Below, one piece after another: positions 30,407-40,357 of a DNA stretch of 64,000 nt (positions are counted from its first letter, which is position 1; every line of letters starts with the position of its first letter). A program made the translations under genes and the position numbers. The stretch covers positions 32,439 to 96,438 of the forward strand of contig DYLU01000001.1 of assembly GCA_020721905.1 (NCBI GenBank), read 5' to 3'. This DNA is from Leptospira biflexa. GTDB lineage: Bacteria > Spirochaetota > UBA4802 > UB4802. The notes beneath the pieces were generated by a model, which saw nothing but the letters and a program-made list of their open reading frames with translations, was not told where the DNA came from and searched no databases.

Positions 30407-31119
30407 TTGCCATTATAAATCCACAAACACCACAACCCATTATTGACGGCCTTATTAACCACAACTTTACACCTGTTTCTATTCCGCTTTGCCCTGATGT
30501 TGAACAACCAATAGCTGGCCATCCTGAAATACAACTATGTATTATTGGCAGTACAATCATATATCAGCCCCGGATTAACAGCTCATTTTTAGAGATTTTA
30601 ACGCATTCACACTATACACTGGTAAGGGGTCAGAGCCTTTTACAAAAACAATATCCTTATGACTGTGCTTATAATATAGCCTATACCGGAAACATAGCAT
30701 TCCATAACACAAAAGCTACCGATAGCTCTGTAAAAGAAGCTGTTTATCAAGTGCATAAAGGCTCTGACCCCTTTATTCATGTACATCAAGGCTACACCAG
30801 ATGTTCTACCTGCATTGTTGACTCACATGCCATTATTACCGCGGATAGGTCCATTCACAATGCTGCCATAAAAAATTCTATTGATTCACTGCTCATACAG
30901 CCGGGATATATTGAACTTCCCGGCTACCGATACGGTTTTATTGGCGGCGCAAGTGGCACATGCTCTGACACCGTTTACTTCACGGGACGTTTACAGCACC
31001 ACCCTGATTACAGCAATATTGTGAATTTTATTGAAAACCACAACAAAAACATTGCCTTTTTATCAGATCTCCCTGCAATTGATATTGGCTCAATCTTTTT
31101 TATTGACATGATGATATGA
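30403..31119 (+). CDS. Hypothetical protein (238 aa), no recognised domain
   Basis: Start overlaps the upstream gene's stop (ATGA). Conserved-looking stretches are GYTRCSTC and GFIGGASGTC. Resemblance to the pentein GGG(x)HC motif is weak and unverified. Confidence 0.4.
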   Translation: MIAIINPQTPQPIIDGLINHNFTPVSIPLCPDVEQPIAGHPEIQLCIIGSTIIYQPRINSSFLEILTHSHYTLVRGQSLLQKQYPYDCAYNIAYTGNIAFHNTKATDSSVKEAVYQVHKGSDPFIHVHQGYTRCSTCIVDSHAIITADRSIHNAAIKNSIDSLLIQPGYIELPGYRYGFIGGASGTCSDTVYFTGRLQHHPDYSNIVNFIENHNKNIAFLSDLPAIDIGSIFFIDMMI

Positions 31120-31178
31120 CCTGTTATCCCTGTAGCATATACATTAAATGAAATCATATACCACTATGGATACTTTTC

Positions 31179-31724
31179 ATGAATATTCCTGACATAACAA
31201 CATGTTTAGCGCTATTGCAAAAGCATGACATCCTGCCCAATGTGCTGGAACATTCATTGCAGGTACATAAGGTTGCCTGTGCCATCGTTGATCATCTCAA
31301 CGGCAGTGTTACAATCAACCGTGATTTAGTATGTGTTGCAGCACTGCTTCATGACATCACCAAATCCCGTTCCTTAAAAACAGGTGAAAAGCACGACATT
31401 TCCGGCAAAGAACTTTTAGAATCTTTAGGATATCCGGAAATAGCCGATATCGTAGGACAGCATGTCTTTTTACGCGATACTTCAGCCGATTCACCTCTCA
31501 ATGAAGCAGATATAGTGTATTATGCCGATAAACGCGTTATGCATAATGAGATTGTAACAGTTGACCGCCGCATTGAAGACCTGCTCATACGCTATGGCAC
31601 CACACCGGAACGCTGTAACAAAATTCTTGAAAACAAAGACATTATTATAATCATTGAAAAAAAATTAACCAGACACCTTATAAAACCTCTGGAAGATATT
31701 ATTGCATCATTACGGCATGAATAA
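31179..31724 (+). CDS. HD/HDIG-domain phosphohydrolase (YqeK-like)
   Basis: LEHSLQVHKVA...AALLHDITK...YYADK pattern is typical of HDIG/YqeK. 181 aa. Confidence 0.65.
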   Translation: MNIPDITTCLALLQKHDILPNVLEHSLQVHKVACAIVDHLNGSVTINRDLVCVAALLHDITKSRSLKTGEKHDISGKELLESLGYPEIADIVGQHVFLRDTSADSPLNEADIVYYADKRVMHNEIVTVDRRIEDLLIRYGTTPERCNKILENKDIIIIIEKKLTRHLIKPLEDIIASLRHE

Positions 31725-33366
31725 ACAATACTGCATTCTTGATTGTTACGTGGACGAACCCGCGTGTTTTGGTGTACCGCCGTTTGTTTCGCCCTACCCG
31801 CGCTATGTGTATGGTGCACTTCTTGATGCCGGCATATACGATGATGAAATTGTGTATCTTACCATTGATGTTCTTCGCAAAGCCGAATACAGGCTACCGC
31901 ATAGTTTTCATTATGTTTTTTTAATTGGGGGGGCGATAGTTCCTGGTAAATACCTTGGCTTTAAAATAGGAACTGTCCCTGAAATAACAAAAATCATTGC
32001 AACAAACAAACGCCAAAATTTTGCCATTGGCGGTATGATAGCTCACTTAGTTAAGGATTTTACCAATACAACACTGGTAACTGGTGATATTGAACAGTTT
32101 GCATTTGATGTTGCACGCGGCAACAAGCCTTTACCGGATAACTATCGCACATATAAAAATCTTTCCCGATGGGCTGTAGCAGGAAGTCACATGGTAAAAC
32201 TTCATCCACAATTCCCCAACCTTATCTGTGAGATAGAAACTTACCGAGGATGCCCACGCCGCAATCACTGCTCATTTTGTGCTGAAGGATTAATGCAATC
32301 TGTTGATTTCAGAGATGAAGAAGATATCTTACATGAAATAGATGCCCTTATTGCTCAAGGGATTTTTAGATTCAGGATAGGAAGGCAGGCTGATATTATT
32401 GCTTATAAATCACATCTGCAAGATTTTGTTCACGGGTTCCCGCGGCCAGATCCTGCTATAGTCATTAATCTTTTTACTGAATTGCAAAGGCGAATAAATG
32501 AAGGGCATATCAGTATGCTCAATATTGACAATGCAAATCCCGGTACCATCTTTTACTTTCCTCACGAATCACAGGCCATTATTGATTGCATTGCTCATAC
32601 GGTAACACCGGGCGATACTATGCCGCTGGGCGTTGAATCATTTGATCCGGCAGTCATTCCAAAAAACAATCTTAAATTGCACAAAGATCAGGTTATACAG
32701 GTTGTACAATTAATAAACGATGCCGGTGGCACAACAATTAATGGTATCCACAGGCTTTTACCTGGTATCAATCTCATTCATGGGCTTATTGGTGAAACTT
32801 CTGACACATTTAAAATCAACTATGAATCGCTGGCGGAAATCCTTGACAGAGGACTGCTTTTGAAAAGGATCAATATACGCAGTTTGTTCCCCTTCCCGGG
32901 AACTATCGCCGCACAAAAACAAACACACAATACAATGATTGAAAACCGTTACCGTTTTTACCGTGAAAAAATACGAAGCGACATTGACCATACCATGATT
33001 GCCAAACTATTCCCCATAGGTACTGTCATGTATCATATGCAGGTACTGTCATGTATGCATGGATATTCGTACGCAAAAGAGATTAGAAGCTACGCCATAA
33101 CAGCAAAAATTCCTGTAAGCTTACCGCTTTTTAGTTTTGTTGACTGCATTGTTGTTGGTCATCAGGAACGTTCGCTTCTGTGCCTTCCATATCCAATACG
33201 CATTAACACACTGCCGCAAAAAGCTTTAGAAGGCATACCGGGCATTGGGAAGAAAGGCGCATCAGCAATCATTGTGCATCGCCCCTTTGCAGGCATGGAT
33301 GATGTCAGGCCGTATCTGGAACACATTCCGGAAAATATTGTACAGGCAATTGCGGAAGGATTTTAA
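31702..33366 (+). CDS. Radical SAM-like protein with a non-canonical Cx5Cx2C cluster motif and a C-terminal helix-hairpin-helix
   Basis: YRGCPRRNHCSFCAEG (C-x5-C-x2-C) at ~aa 185. The N-terminus has a CILDCYVDEPAC Cys triad. The C-terminus has LEGIPGIGKKGASAII (HhH GIG motif). Overlaps the upstream HDIG gene by 23 nt. Confidence 0.55.
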   Translation: MHHYGMNKQYCILDCYVDEPACFGVPPFVSPYPRYVYGALLDAGIYDDEIVYLTIDVLRKAEYRLPHSFHYVFLIGGAIVPGKYLGFKIGTVPEITKIIATNKRQNFAIGGMIAHLVKDFTNTTLVTGDIEQFAFDVARGNKPLPDNYRTYKNLSRWAVAGSHMVKLHPQFPNLICEIETYRGCPRRNHCSFCAEGLMQSVDFRDEEDILHEIDALIAQGIFRFRIGRQADIIAYKSHLQDFVHGFPRPDPAIVINLFTELQRRINEGHISMLNIDNANPGTIFYFPHESQAIIDCIAHTVTPGDTMPLGVESFDPAVIPKNNLKLHKDQVIQVVQLINDAGGTTINGIHRLLPGINLIHGLIGETSDTFKINYESLAEILDRGLLLKRINIRSLFPFPGTIAAQKQTHNTMIENRYRFYREKIRSDIDHTMIAKLFPIGTVMYHMQVLSCMHGYSYAKEIRSYAITAKIPVSLPLFSFVDCIVVGHQERSLLCLPYPIRINTLPQKALEGIPGIGKKGASAIIVHRPFAGMDDVRPYLEHIPENIVQAIAEGF

Positions 33367-33686
33367 TAACGTTTGCGTTCCTTGTCGTGGTTGAGTTTGT
33401 TCATGACATACACTGCTGCATATCCGCCTATAAACGCGGCAATAATGTTGACACCGGTATCATACACCAAAAATCGCAGTATTTTTATTGTTATATCAAG
33501 CAACAGCTTATCAAGAATGAATCCGCCTATCAGTGCACCAATAACACCTATAACCATACCGCCTATAAATCCGCCAAATAAATCCCTGCGTTTTAAATTA
33601 TAAAATATCCACGACACCAGCGCACCCATGGCTATATAAATAGCAATGGCAAGTAGTTTCATCAAAAAGCTAATAAATGCATCCAT
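33363..33686 (-). CDS. GlsB/YeaQ/YmgE-family small membrane protein
   Basis: Gly-rich TM segments GGFIGGMVIGVIGALIGGFIL characteristic of the family. Confidence 0.7.
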   Translation of the reverse strand: MDAFISFLMKLLAIAIYIAMGALVSWIFYNLKRRDLFGGFIGGMVIGVIGALIGGFILDKLLLDITIKILRFLVYDTGVNIIAAFIGGYAAVYVMNKLNHDKERKRY

Positions 33687-33692
33687 GGCTGC

Positions 33693-34310
33693 TTACTCCT
33701 CCTCAATAAAAAAGATTTCACCTTTGCCTTTGCGGACAATCTGTATGTCGCCACCAGAAAAGTCAACAACAGTTGATGGATCACTCACCTTTGGCCCGCA
33801 ACTTAATATCATGTCAACCGCATTCCGGTATTCTTTGTCTAAATCAACCGGATCAATTACATAATCCCCTTCTTTGGTGCTGACACTTGCTGTCATTATT
33901 GGATGGCCCAATGCCTGTACAAGTTCAAGCGCAATGGTATTATCAGGAATCCTGACACCTATTGTCTTTTGATTGGTTATGGCAATCTTTGGCACCAACT
34001 TAGATGCCTGGAAAATAAACGTATAGGGACCCGGAAAAGCTTTTTTCATAATTTTAAAAGCCTGATCTGAAACATTGCGTACATACTGTGAAATTGCCGA
34101 AATGTCCGAAAATATAAAACTGAGTGGTTTATTTCTGGGAATTCGTTTTATATGATACAACCGTTCAATTGCCCGTCTATCATTGATATCGCACCCATAC
34201 GCATACACAGTATCAGTAGGGAAAATGATAATACCCCCTTCTTCAAGAATCTCTTTGGCTTTCTTGATAAATCGCTTTTGTGGATTGATTTCATTAATTA
34301 ATACTATCAT
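33693..34310 (-). CDS. tsaC: L-threonylcarbamoyladenylate synthase (YrdC/Sua5 family)
   Basis: IIFPTDTVYAYGCD matches the YrdC PTDTVYGLG motif. 205 aa. Confidence 0.8.
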   Translation of the reverse strand: MIVLINEINPQKRFIKKAKEILEEGGIIIFPTDTVYAYGCDINDRRAIERLYHIKRIPRNKPLSFIFSDISAISQYVRNVSDQAFKIMKKAFPGPYTFIFQASKLVPKIAITNQKTIGVRIPDNTIALELVQALGHPIMTASVSTKEGDYVIDPVDLDKEYRNAVDMILSCGPKVSDPSTVVDFSGGDIQIVRKGKGEIFFIEEE

Positions 34311-34374
34311 AGCTATTATTATACTTTAATTAACGGAATTTTCATTTATTTAATTTAATGTATTGATTGCGGAG

Positions 34375-34424
34375 AGCCTTATAAAATATAAGGCTTTTGC
34401 AGGAGTGCCTGCTGCAAAAGCCTT
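34375..34424. promoter_or_regulatory. Two overlapping, mutually exclusive hairpins (9-bp stem 34375-34395; 13-bp stem 34390-34424) in the tsaC/relA divergent region
   Basis: AGCCTTATA-AAA-TATAAGGCT and AAGGCTTTTGCAG-N9-CTGCAAAAGCCTT share nucleotides 34390-34395. On the minus strand the larger hairpin is followed by AUAUUUUAU. Confidence 0.4.
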
Positions 34425-34751
34425 CAACCCGGTAAATGTGCGAATAGGAGTGTCTTTTAATTATCAACCATTATAATCATCGGAATTTTTTTTAAAACTT
34501 AAAGAATTTTTATGGAAATAATGAGATATTATTCACTGCAAGCTTCAGGTGTTCCAATGATATATAACCGTAAAACCTTATACAGAAACCTTCATTTACT
34601 GAATATCCAGCAGCCATACCAATATGGAGATAATTTTAAAACGGTGGTGACATAATGAATGAAAAAATAGTTTTTAAATTGTCATATTTGTATTATATTA
34701 TAATAAATGTACTATACTTTAGTATTAAATTATTTATGATATGATAAAACA

Positions 34752-36779
34752 ATGTCACTTATAGATTTAAAAATAAAAAGCAGGGATATTGATACCCTTA
34801 TTTCTGTTATTAAGGAAAATAATCCTGAAATACATATTGAAAACATCAGAAAAGCATATGAAATAGCCAGCGAAGCTCATAAAGATCAACAACGTTTATC
34901 GGGCGAACCATATATTGTACATCCCATGGAAGTAGCCATTATCCTGGCTAACCTTAAAATGGATGAAACCACCATTATAGCCGCATTGCTTCATGATGTT
35001 GTTGAAGATACTCCAATCAACTTAGATAAAGTCAGAGAACTATTTGGCCAGGAAGTAGCAACGCTTGTTGATGGTGTTACAAAAATATCATCGTTAAAAA
35101 AACATACAAAGCAAAAAGAACAGGCCGAAACACTGCGTAAGATGTTACTGGCAACTATTCAGGATGCCCGTGTAATAATTATTAAATTAGCTGACAAACT
35201 GCACAATATGCGTACTATCATGTTCCAGCCTGAATATAAACAAAAATATATTGCACAGGAAGTGCTTGATATTTATGCACCCTTAGCAGGGCGCCTGGGC
35301 ATGTCCAAAATCCGCAGCGAACTGGAAGACCTTGCATTTAAAATAGTGTATCCAGATGACTATAATGCTATCCTTGAACACATAAAGGCTCGTAGAAGCG
35401 AACTGGAAGCATTTATTGATTCTATACGCGTTGTATTGCAACAACGATTGAAAGAGCTAAACATTGAAGCTCAGATTCAAGGCAGAATCAAACATCATTA
35501 TTCAATCTTTAAAAAGCTTCAACAGGGAAGAACATTTGACGATATTTTTGACCTCAGGGCTATCAGAATTATTACCAATGAAGTAAAGGATTGCTATGGG
35601 ATTTTAGGTATAGTTCATACCATATGGACTCCCATTCCTTCCCGGTTTAAAGATTATATAGCTGTACCAAAGTCAAACATGTATCAATCATTGCATACAA
35701 CAGTGATTGGGCCGGATGGGCACCCGCTTGAAATTCAGATACGGACATGGGATATGCATGCCACCGCAGAGATGGGGATTGCTGCTCACTGGTTATATAA
35801 AGAAGGCATTAAATCATTCAAGCCCAAATATAAAAATATTACAATTCTCAATAACATTCATGAATGGCAGAATGAAATCAATGACACGCGTGAATTCATT
35901 AAAGAACTCAAGATGGACCTGTATGAAGATGAAATTTTTGTCTTCACTCCTAAAGGCAAAATTATAAAACTGGCCAGGGGCTCTACTCCTGTTGATTTTG
36001 CGTACCTTATACATACTGAAATTGGCAATCACTGCACAGGCGCTAAAGTGAATAATCAGCTGGTTCCTCTTAAAACTGAATTGAAAAGCGGAGATATTGT
36101 TGAGATATTAACCAGCAAAAAAGGCCACCCGTCACCTGCATGGCTTAAATTTGTCAAATCATCAAATGCCCGATATAAAATACGAAACTGGTTACGAAAG
36201 AACTTAGAACCTGAAGACGAACATGCTGATAAAGAAGAAAAGGAAAAGAAAGAAAAGATTGCCAGCGTCAGTATACCCGAAAAAGAACTTGTAAAACTTA
36301 AAAGCTTTCCCAACAAAAAGAAAGTTGGAATAACCATAGATGGCACAAATAATGTGCTGATACGCCTTTCACAATGCTGCCAGCCAATCCCAGGGGATGA
36401 TGTTGTAGGATTTATTACCAGAGGCCGGGGAATCACTGTCCATAAACGTAATTGCCCTGCCCTGCAACGATTACAAAATGAAAGCGAGCGGTTTGTGGAT
36501 ATACAATGGGAGCAGTCAGAAAGCACCTATCCTGTGAAGATTGCAGTTGAAGCAATGGATAGGACTAATTTACTGAAGGATGTTGCTGACGAAATATCCT
36601 TAACAAAAACAAATATTATCAAAGCCGAAGCTTCCGTAGTTGCTAAAGATCAGGCATTGCTTAAATTTGTTCTTGAAGTTAAAAGCTTAAACCATCTTAA
36701 TGATATAATGAAACGACTGAAACAGATAAAAAATGTAACCAGAGTTTTCAAGCTTAATGAAAAAGTAATTCTTAAATAA
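34752..36779 (+). CDS. rel: Bifunctional (p)ppGpp synthetase/hydrolase RelA/SpoT
   Basis: HD hydrolase domain (IAALLHDVVEDT), synthetase domain (DLRAIRIITNE...YQSLHTTV), TGS domain, and a C-terminal ACT domain. Confidence 0.9.
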   Translation: MSLIDLKIKSRDIDTLISVIKENNPEIHIENIRKAYEIASEAHKDQQRLSGEPYIVHPMEVAIILANLKMDETTIIAALLHDVVEDTPINLDKVRELFGQEVATLVDGVTKISSLKKHTKQKEQAETLRKMLLATIQDARVIIIKLADKLHNMRTIMFQPEYKQKYIAQEVLDIYAPLAGRLGMSKIRSELEDLAFKIVYPDDYNAILEHIKARRSELEAFIDSIRVVLQQRLKELNIEAQIQGRIKHHYSIFKKLQQGRTFDDIFDLRAIRIITNEVKDCYGILGIVHTIWTPIPSRFKDYIAVPKSNMYQSLHTTVIGPDGHPLEIQIRTWDMHATAEMGIAAHWLYKEGIKSFKPKYKNITILNNIHEWQNEINDTREFIKELKMDLYEDEIFVFTPKGKIIKLARGSTPVDFAYLIHTEIGNHCTGAKVNNQLVPLKTELKSGDIVEILTSKKGHPSPAWLKFVKSSNARYKIRNWLRKNLEPEDEHADKEEKEKKEKIASVSIPEKELVKLKSFPNKKKVGITIDGTNNVLIRLSQCCQPIPGDDVVGFITRGRGITVHKRNCPALQRLQNESERFVDIQWEQSESTYPVKIAVEAMDRTNLLKDVADEISLTKTNIIKAEASVVAKDQALLKFVLEVKSLNHLNDIMKRLKQIKNVTRVFKLNEKVILK

Positions 36780-36784
36780 AAAAT

Positions 36785-37378
36785 ATGAATATTATACTCG
36801 GCTCTTCATCTCCACGAAGGAAATATCTGCTTCAAAGCCTGTTCAATACCATAACTATTATTCATCCTGACGTTGAAGAAATACCATATTCGTGTGAAAA
36901 ACCTCTGGATTTTGTTCAACGCGCCTCCGGTGATAAGCTTTTTACCATACGCACAAAGATATCTACCAACCCTTCACTCATCATAACCTGCGACACCATA
37001 GTAACTATCGACAATGAAATTTTAGGAAAACCTGCTGACTTTGACCATGCGTATTATATGCTATCAACATTATCAGGAAGAACACATCATGTCATATCAG
37101 CAATAAGCCTGCAGTATACCAATAAAAACGATATCCGCCAACATAATGACTATGAAATAACACAGGTAACATTTAAGAAACTCAATAAAAACGATATTAC
37201 CACATACTTATCGCATATAAATTATACGGATAAAGCCGGTGCATATGCAGTGCAGGAATACGGCACCATGATCATAGAAAAAATGATTGGATCAATTACC
37301 AATGTTATTGGTTTCCCATTGCGTTGCTTTTTCAGGATGATAGCCGATATGGATATAATCCAAAAACTTTTTCAATAA
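36785..37378 (+). CDS. maf: Maf-like nucleoside triphosphate pyrophosphatase
   Basis: ILGSSSPRRKYLL matches the Maf N-terminal signature (LASxSPRRxxLL). 197 aa. Confidence 0.75.
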   Translation: MNIILGSSSPRRKYLLQSLFNTITIIHPDVEEIPYSCEKPLDFVQRASGDKLFTIRTKISTNPSLIITCDTIVTIDNEILGKPADFDHAYYMLSTLSGRTHHVISAISLQYTNKNDIRQHNDYEITQVTFKKLNKNDITTYLSHINYTDKAGAYAVQEYGTMIIEKMIGSITNVIGFPLRCFFRMIADMDIIQKLFQ

Positions 37379-37430
37379 TTTAAAATTTTAAGATTGACAT
37401 ATTAAAAAAACAGATTATCATTTATATTTA

Positions 37431-38006
37431 TTGAATTTTAAAAAATTAAAAAAAAGGTGTTTTACCATGAGTCAGAGAAAACAATACATCATAAACAAAA
37501 AATTTCAGCTTAAGACAACATTTTCTGTCATTGCTATTGTTTTTGTCATAGTTGCTATAATAATTGCTGCTATAGGCGTCAATGCTGCAGCTAACAACAA
37601 ACGTCTTATTCATATTATTCAAATACAGGATAATATAGTTGAAGCACTTATTGCATATTCACAATCGCCCCATGATTCAGACCAAAAATTAGCAATTCAG
37701 AATATTGCTAATGACCATGTGAATAATATCAATACAATAAAGAAGATTATAGAATTAAACAATATACTATTAATCATCATTATTGCCTTTGTAATCCTTC
37801 AGGGAATAATACTCTATTTTGTATTGATCCGCAAAACACACAAGATTGCAGGGCCTATCTATGTTATGTCAAACTATTTTAATGATATTATTAAAGGCAA
37901 TATACCCAATCCCCGTCCTTTGCGCAAAAATGATGAATTACAGGATTTTTATGAATTATTTATAAAAATGGTTGATGCCATACGAACAAGGCAGGGAGAA
38001 AAATAA
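37431..38006 (+). CDS. Membrane protein, two TM segments, unknown function
   Basis: Hydrophobic segments (VIAIVFVIVAIIIAAIGV; ILLIIIIAFVILQGIILYFVLI). Followed by a terminator. Confidence 0.4.
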   Translation: MNFKKLKKRCFTMSQRKQYIINKKFQLKTTFSVIAIVFVIVAIIIAAIGVNAAANNKRLIHIIQIQDNIVEALIAYSQSPHDSDQKLAIQNIANDHVNNINTIKKIIELNNILLIIIIAFVILQGIILYFVLIRKTHKIAGPIYVMSNYFNDIIKGNIPNPRPLRKNDELQDFYELFIKMVDAIRTRQGEK

Positions 38007-38024
38007 TATACATTTACAAAATAT

Positions 38025-38058
38025 AAAAAACCCTGCATTAAAAGCAGGGTTTTTTATA
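38025..38058. terminator. Bidirectional rho-independent terminator (A6-CCCTGC-loop-GCAGGG-T6)
   Basis: Read directly from the sequence, between convergent genes. Confidence 0.8.
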
Positions 38059-38079
38059 TTTTGTTACCAGGGAAAATAT

Positions 38080-38829
38080 TTATTCCACCATCTTTAAAAG
38101 TTCTTCAACTACATCTGCTATATATTTATCCGTTGTATCTTTACAGTATACTGAATAACTCAATGGCGGTGATATTTTAGTTCTGTAGAGTTTATAATAG
38201 TATGTAGTAAAAATCAGGTCATATTTCCCTTCTTTTTTGCCAAAGAAAAATTCCCCAGCAATTGTTGTTGGCGCATCAGGGTCATACATTTTTACCGAAT
38301 ACCCATGTTTAAAACGATAGACATCTCTGCCCGTTTTAAGTTTAGCCTTAAGTAATGGTAAAGAATACATTTTATATGAGTAGTTTACTGAGAAAATATC
38401 ACCATATAGAATTTCTTTTTTTAACTCATCAATATTTTTATAAAACCCTGTTGTTGGTTTTAAAGGATTTGTCAGCTTTTTTATTTCAGGGAAAAATTCA
38501 TATACTTCATCAGCCTTTCCGTCACCATTGGTATCTTTTGCAAGGCTTATTAGTTTTTCAGTGCCGGTAAAATCGCCTATTAACACTGATACTGTATTGC
38601 CTAAACACTGTAAAACGAAATAATTTCTGAAATCTTCGGTAACAGGCATAAACTGCAATCTGTCTGGGGATATATCTGTTTGAATAAATTCATTGCTTTT
38701 AAACATTTGCTGGGAATAAAGATATGTACCAAAAATGCAGAGGATAAGTACCAGAATAAATAAAACAAAATGTATATTTTTATGTTTCATAATGATAACC
38801 CCAATGTTATGATTTACATACCCTTTCAC
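38080..38829 (-). CDS. Secreted/membrane-anchored hypothetical protein
   Basis: N-terminal TM/signal segment (FVLFILVLILCIFGTYLY). Contains a DTNGDGKADE Ca-binding-like loop. No family assigned. Confidence 0.4.
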   Translation of the reverse strand: MKGYVNHNIGVIIMKHKNIHFVLFILVLILCIFGTYLYSQQMFKSNEFIQTDISPDRLQFMPVTEDFRNYFVLQCLGNTVSVLIGDFTGTEKLISLAKDTNGDGKADEVYEFFPEIKKLTNPLKPTTGFYKNIDELKKEILYGDIFSVNYSYKMYSLPLLKAKLKTGRDVYRFKHGYSVKMYDPDAPTTIAGEFFFGKKEGKYDLIFTTYYYKLYRTKISPPLSYSVYCKDTTDKYIADVVEELLKMVE

Positions 38830-38915
38830 TATTTATTTTATTTCAAACAAATAGTGAAGTCAATAACAAAAAATTATTTTATTACTTTTTTAGCTTTTAA
38901 TTTTATACTGAATAC

Positions 38916-40085
38916 ATGACGTGTGCTACTATTAGCATATACCATAATTACGGAATCAACTCTATGCGAAGTTCAATGTTTTATATCATCTTCATAGCAA
39001 TTCTGATAATCTATTTTACAGCCAATTTTTACGTGCTGCAACGCATACAAAAACTGGTACCCTATCAGTATAAAATTTTGACCGCAACTTTTATAAGCAT
39101 CCTTGCTCTTTCGTTTTTAGTTGGCAGAATACTTGAACGCTATACTGTTTGTGCAGTCAGTAACTTCCTCATCTGGATTGGGGCGCTGTGGTTAGGCATT
39201 TTTACATATCTGTTTTTGGGGTTTATTATTGGCGATAGTATCCAGGGAATAATTCATCTTTTTACAAGAGCACTTAATATTCAAAAGACAGCCTATGCTC
39301 TCGTCATTATTGTAAGTATGGTTATCACATCTATAGGATTTATTAACGCGCGAACACCTCAAGTAAAGGAAATAGCCATACATATTAATAAGCCTTCATC
39401 ATTAAAGCACCTGAAAATTGCGTATGTCAGCGATATCCATCTGGGGTCAATCATAGCAAATTCTCGTTTACAAAACCTGGTAAGGCTTATAAATAATGCA
39501 CAGCCAGATCTCATCATTTTTGGGGGTGATATACTGGATGAAGATATCAAACCCGTCATTGAAAATAATTTAGGTGAACTACTGGTACAATTGAAAGCCA
39601 GATACGGCATAATTGCGGTACCCGGAAACCATGAATATATTGGGGGAATACAGAATGCTATTAATTATATTAAAGATCATAATATACAGGTTTTAAGGGA
39701 TGAAGTGTATTCCATTGGCGATATACAGATTATAGGGCGCGATGACAGAAGCAAATTTGCATTTACCGGTTTTAGGCGTTTATCATTAGAAAATTTAATA
39801 AAACAGGTAAATGTTTCAAAACCAGTTATAGTCATTGACCATCAACCATTTAAACTATCACAAACATCTTTATATCCTGTTGACATTCTTCTTTCGGGCC
39901 ACTCACATCATGGTCAATTATTCCCATTTAACTATATCACAAAAAAACTTTACAAGATCAGCTGGGGATACAAAGTAATTCATAATACTCACGTGTATGT
40001 ATCAAGTGGATATGGTACATGGGGACCTCCAATACGAACCAACAGCTATCCTGAGATAGTTATATTTAATTTACATTTTAAATAA
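38916..40085 (+). CDS. Membrane-anchored metallophosphoesterase (calcineurin-like, YkuE-type)
   Basis: Metallophosphatase motifs DIHLG, GGDILDE, GNHEY and SGHSHHGQ. N-terminal TM helices. The true start may be the internal Met at ~38964. Confidence 0.7.
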   Translation: MTCATISIYHNYGINSMRSSMFYIIFIAILIIYFTANFYVLQRIQKLVPYQYKILTATFISILALSFLVGRILERYTVCAVSNFLIWIGALWLGIFTYLFLGFIIGDSIQGIIHLFTRALNIQKTAYALVIIVSMVITSIGFINARTPQVKEIAIHINKPSSLKHLKIAYVSDIHLGSIIANSRLQNLVRLINNAQPDLIIFGGDILDEDIKPVIENNLGELLVQLKARYGIIAVPGNHEYIGGIQNAINYIKDHNIQVLRDEVYSIGDIQIIGRDDRSKFAFTGFRRLSLENLIKQVNVSKPVIVIDHQPFKLSQTSLYPVDILLSGHSHHGQLFPFNYITKKLYKISWGYKVIHNTHVYVSSGYGTWGPPIRTNSYPEIVIFNLHFK

Positions 40086-40357
40086 AATATAACACCGTAT
40101 TACCGGTCAGTGACAATTTATCCTGCTTGCAGTATTTATCATTTATTCTTTTCCTTATTCTAAGCAGGAAAAGAATGATTATCCCCACTACCAGTTTCAG
40201 CAATTTTATATATTTCATAACTTTATACTTAAAATCATTTTGTGGGAATTATTATTGTAACATTTATTATTTTTTTACTAAAATCTCTTGACACATTATT
40301 ATAACAGGTGTTTACCGTATGCACATAAAATTTTCTTCATCAGGAGATATACTTATG

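Noticed and set aside
30403-31119. Assignment of the 238-aa orphan protein to the pentein (amidinotransferase/DDAH) superfamily
   Set aside because: It rests on one short motif (GGASGTC versus GGG-x-HC). Length and overall pattern are not convincing without a profile search.
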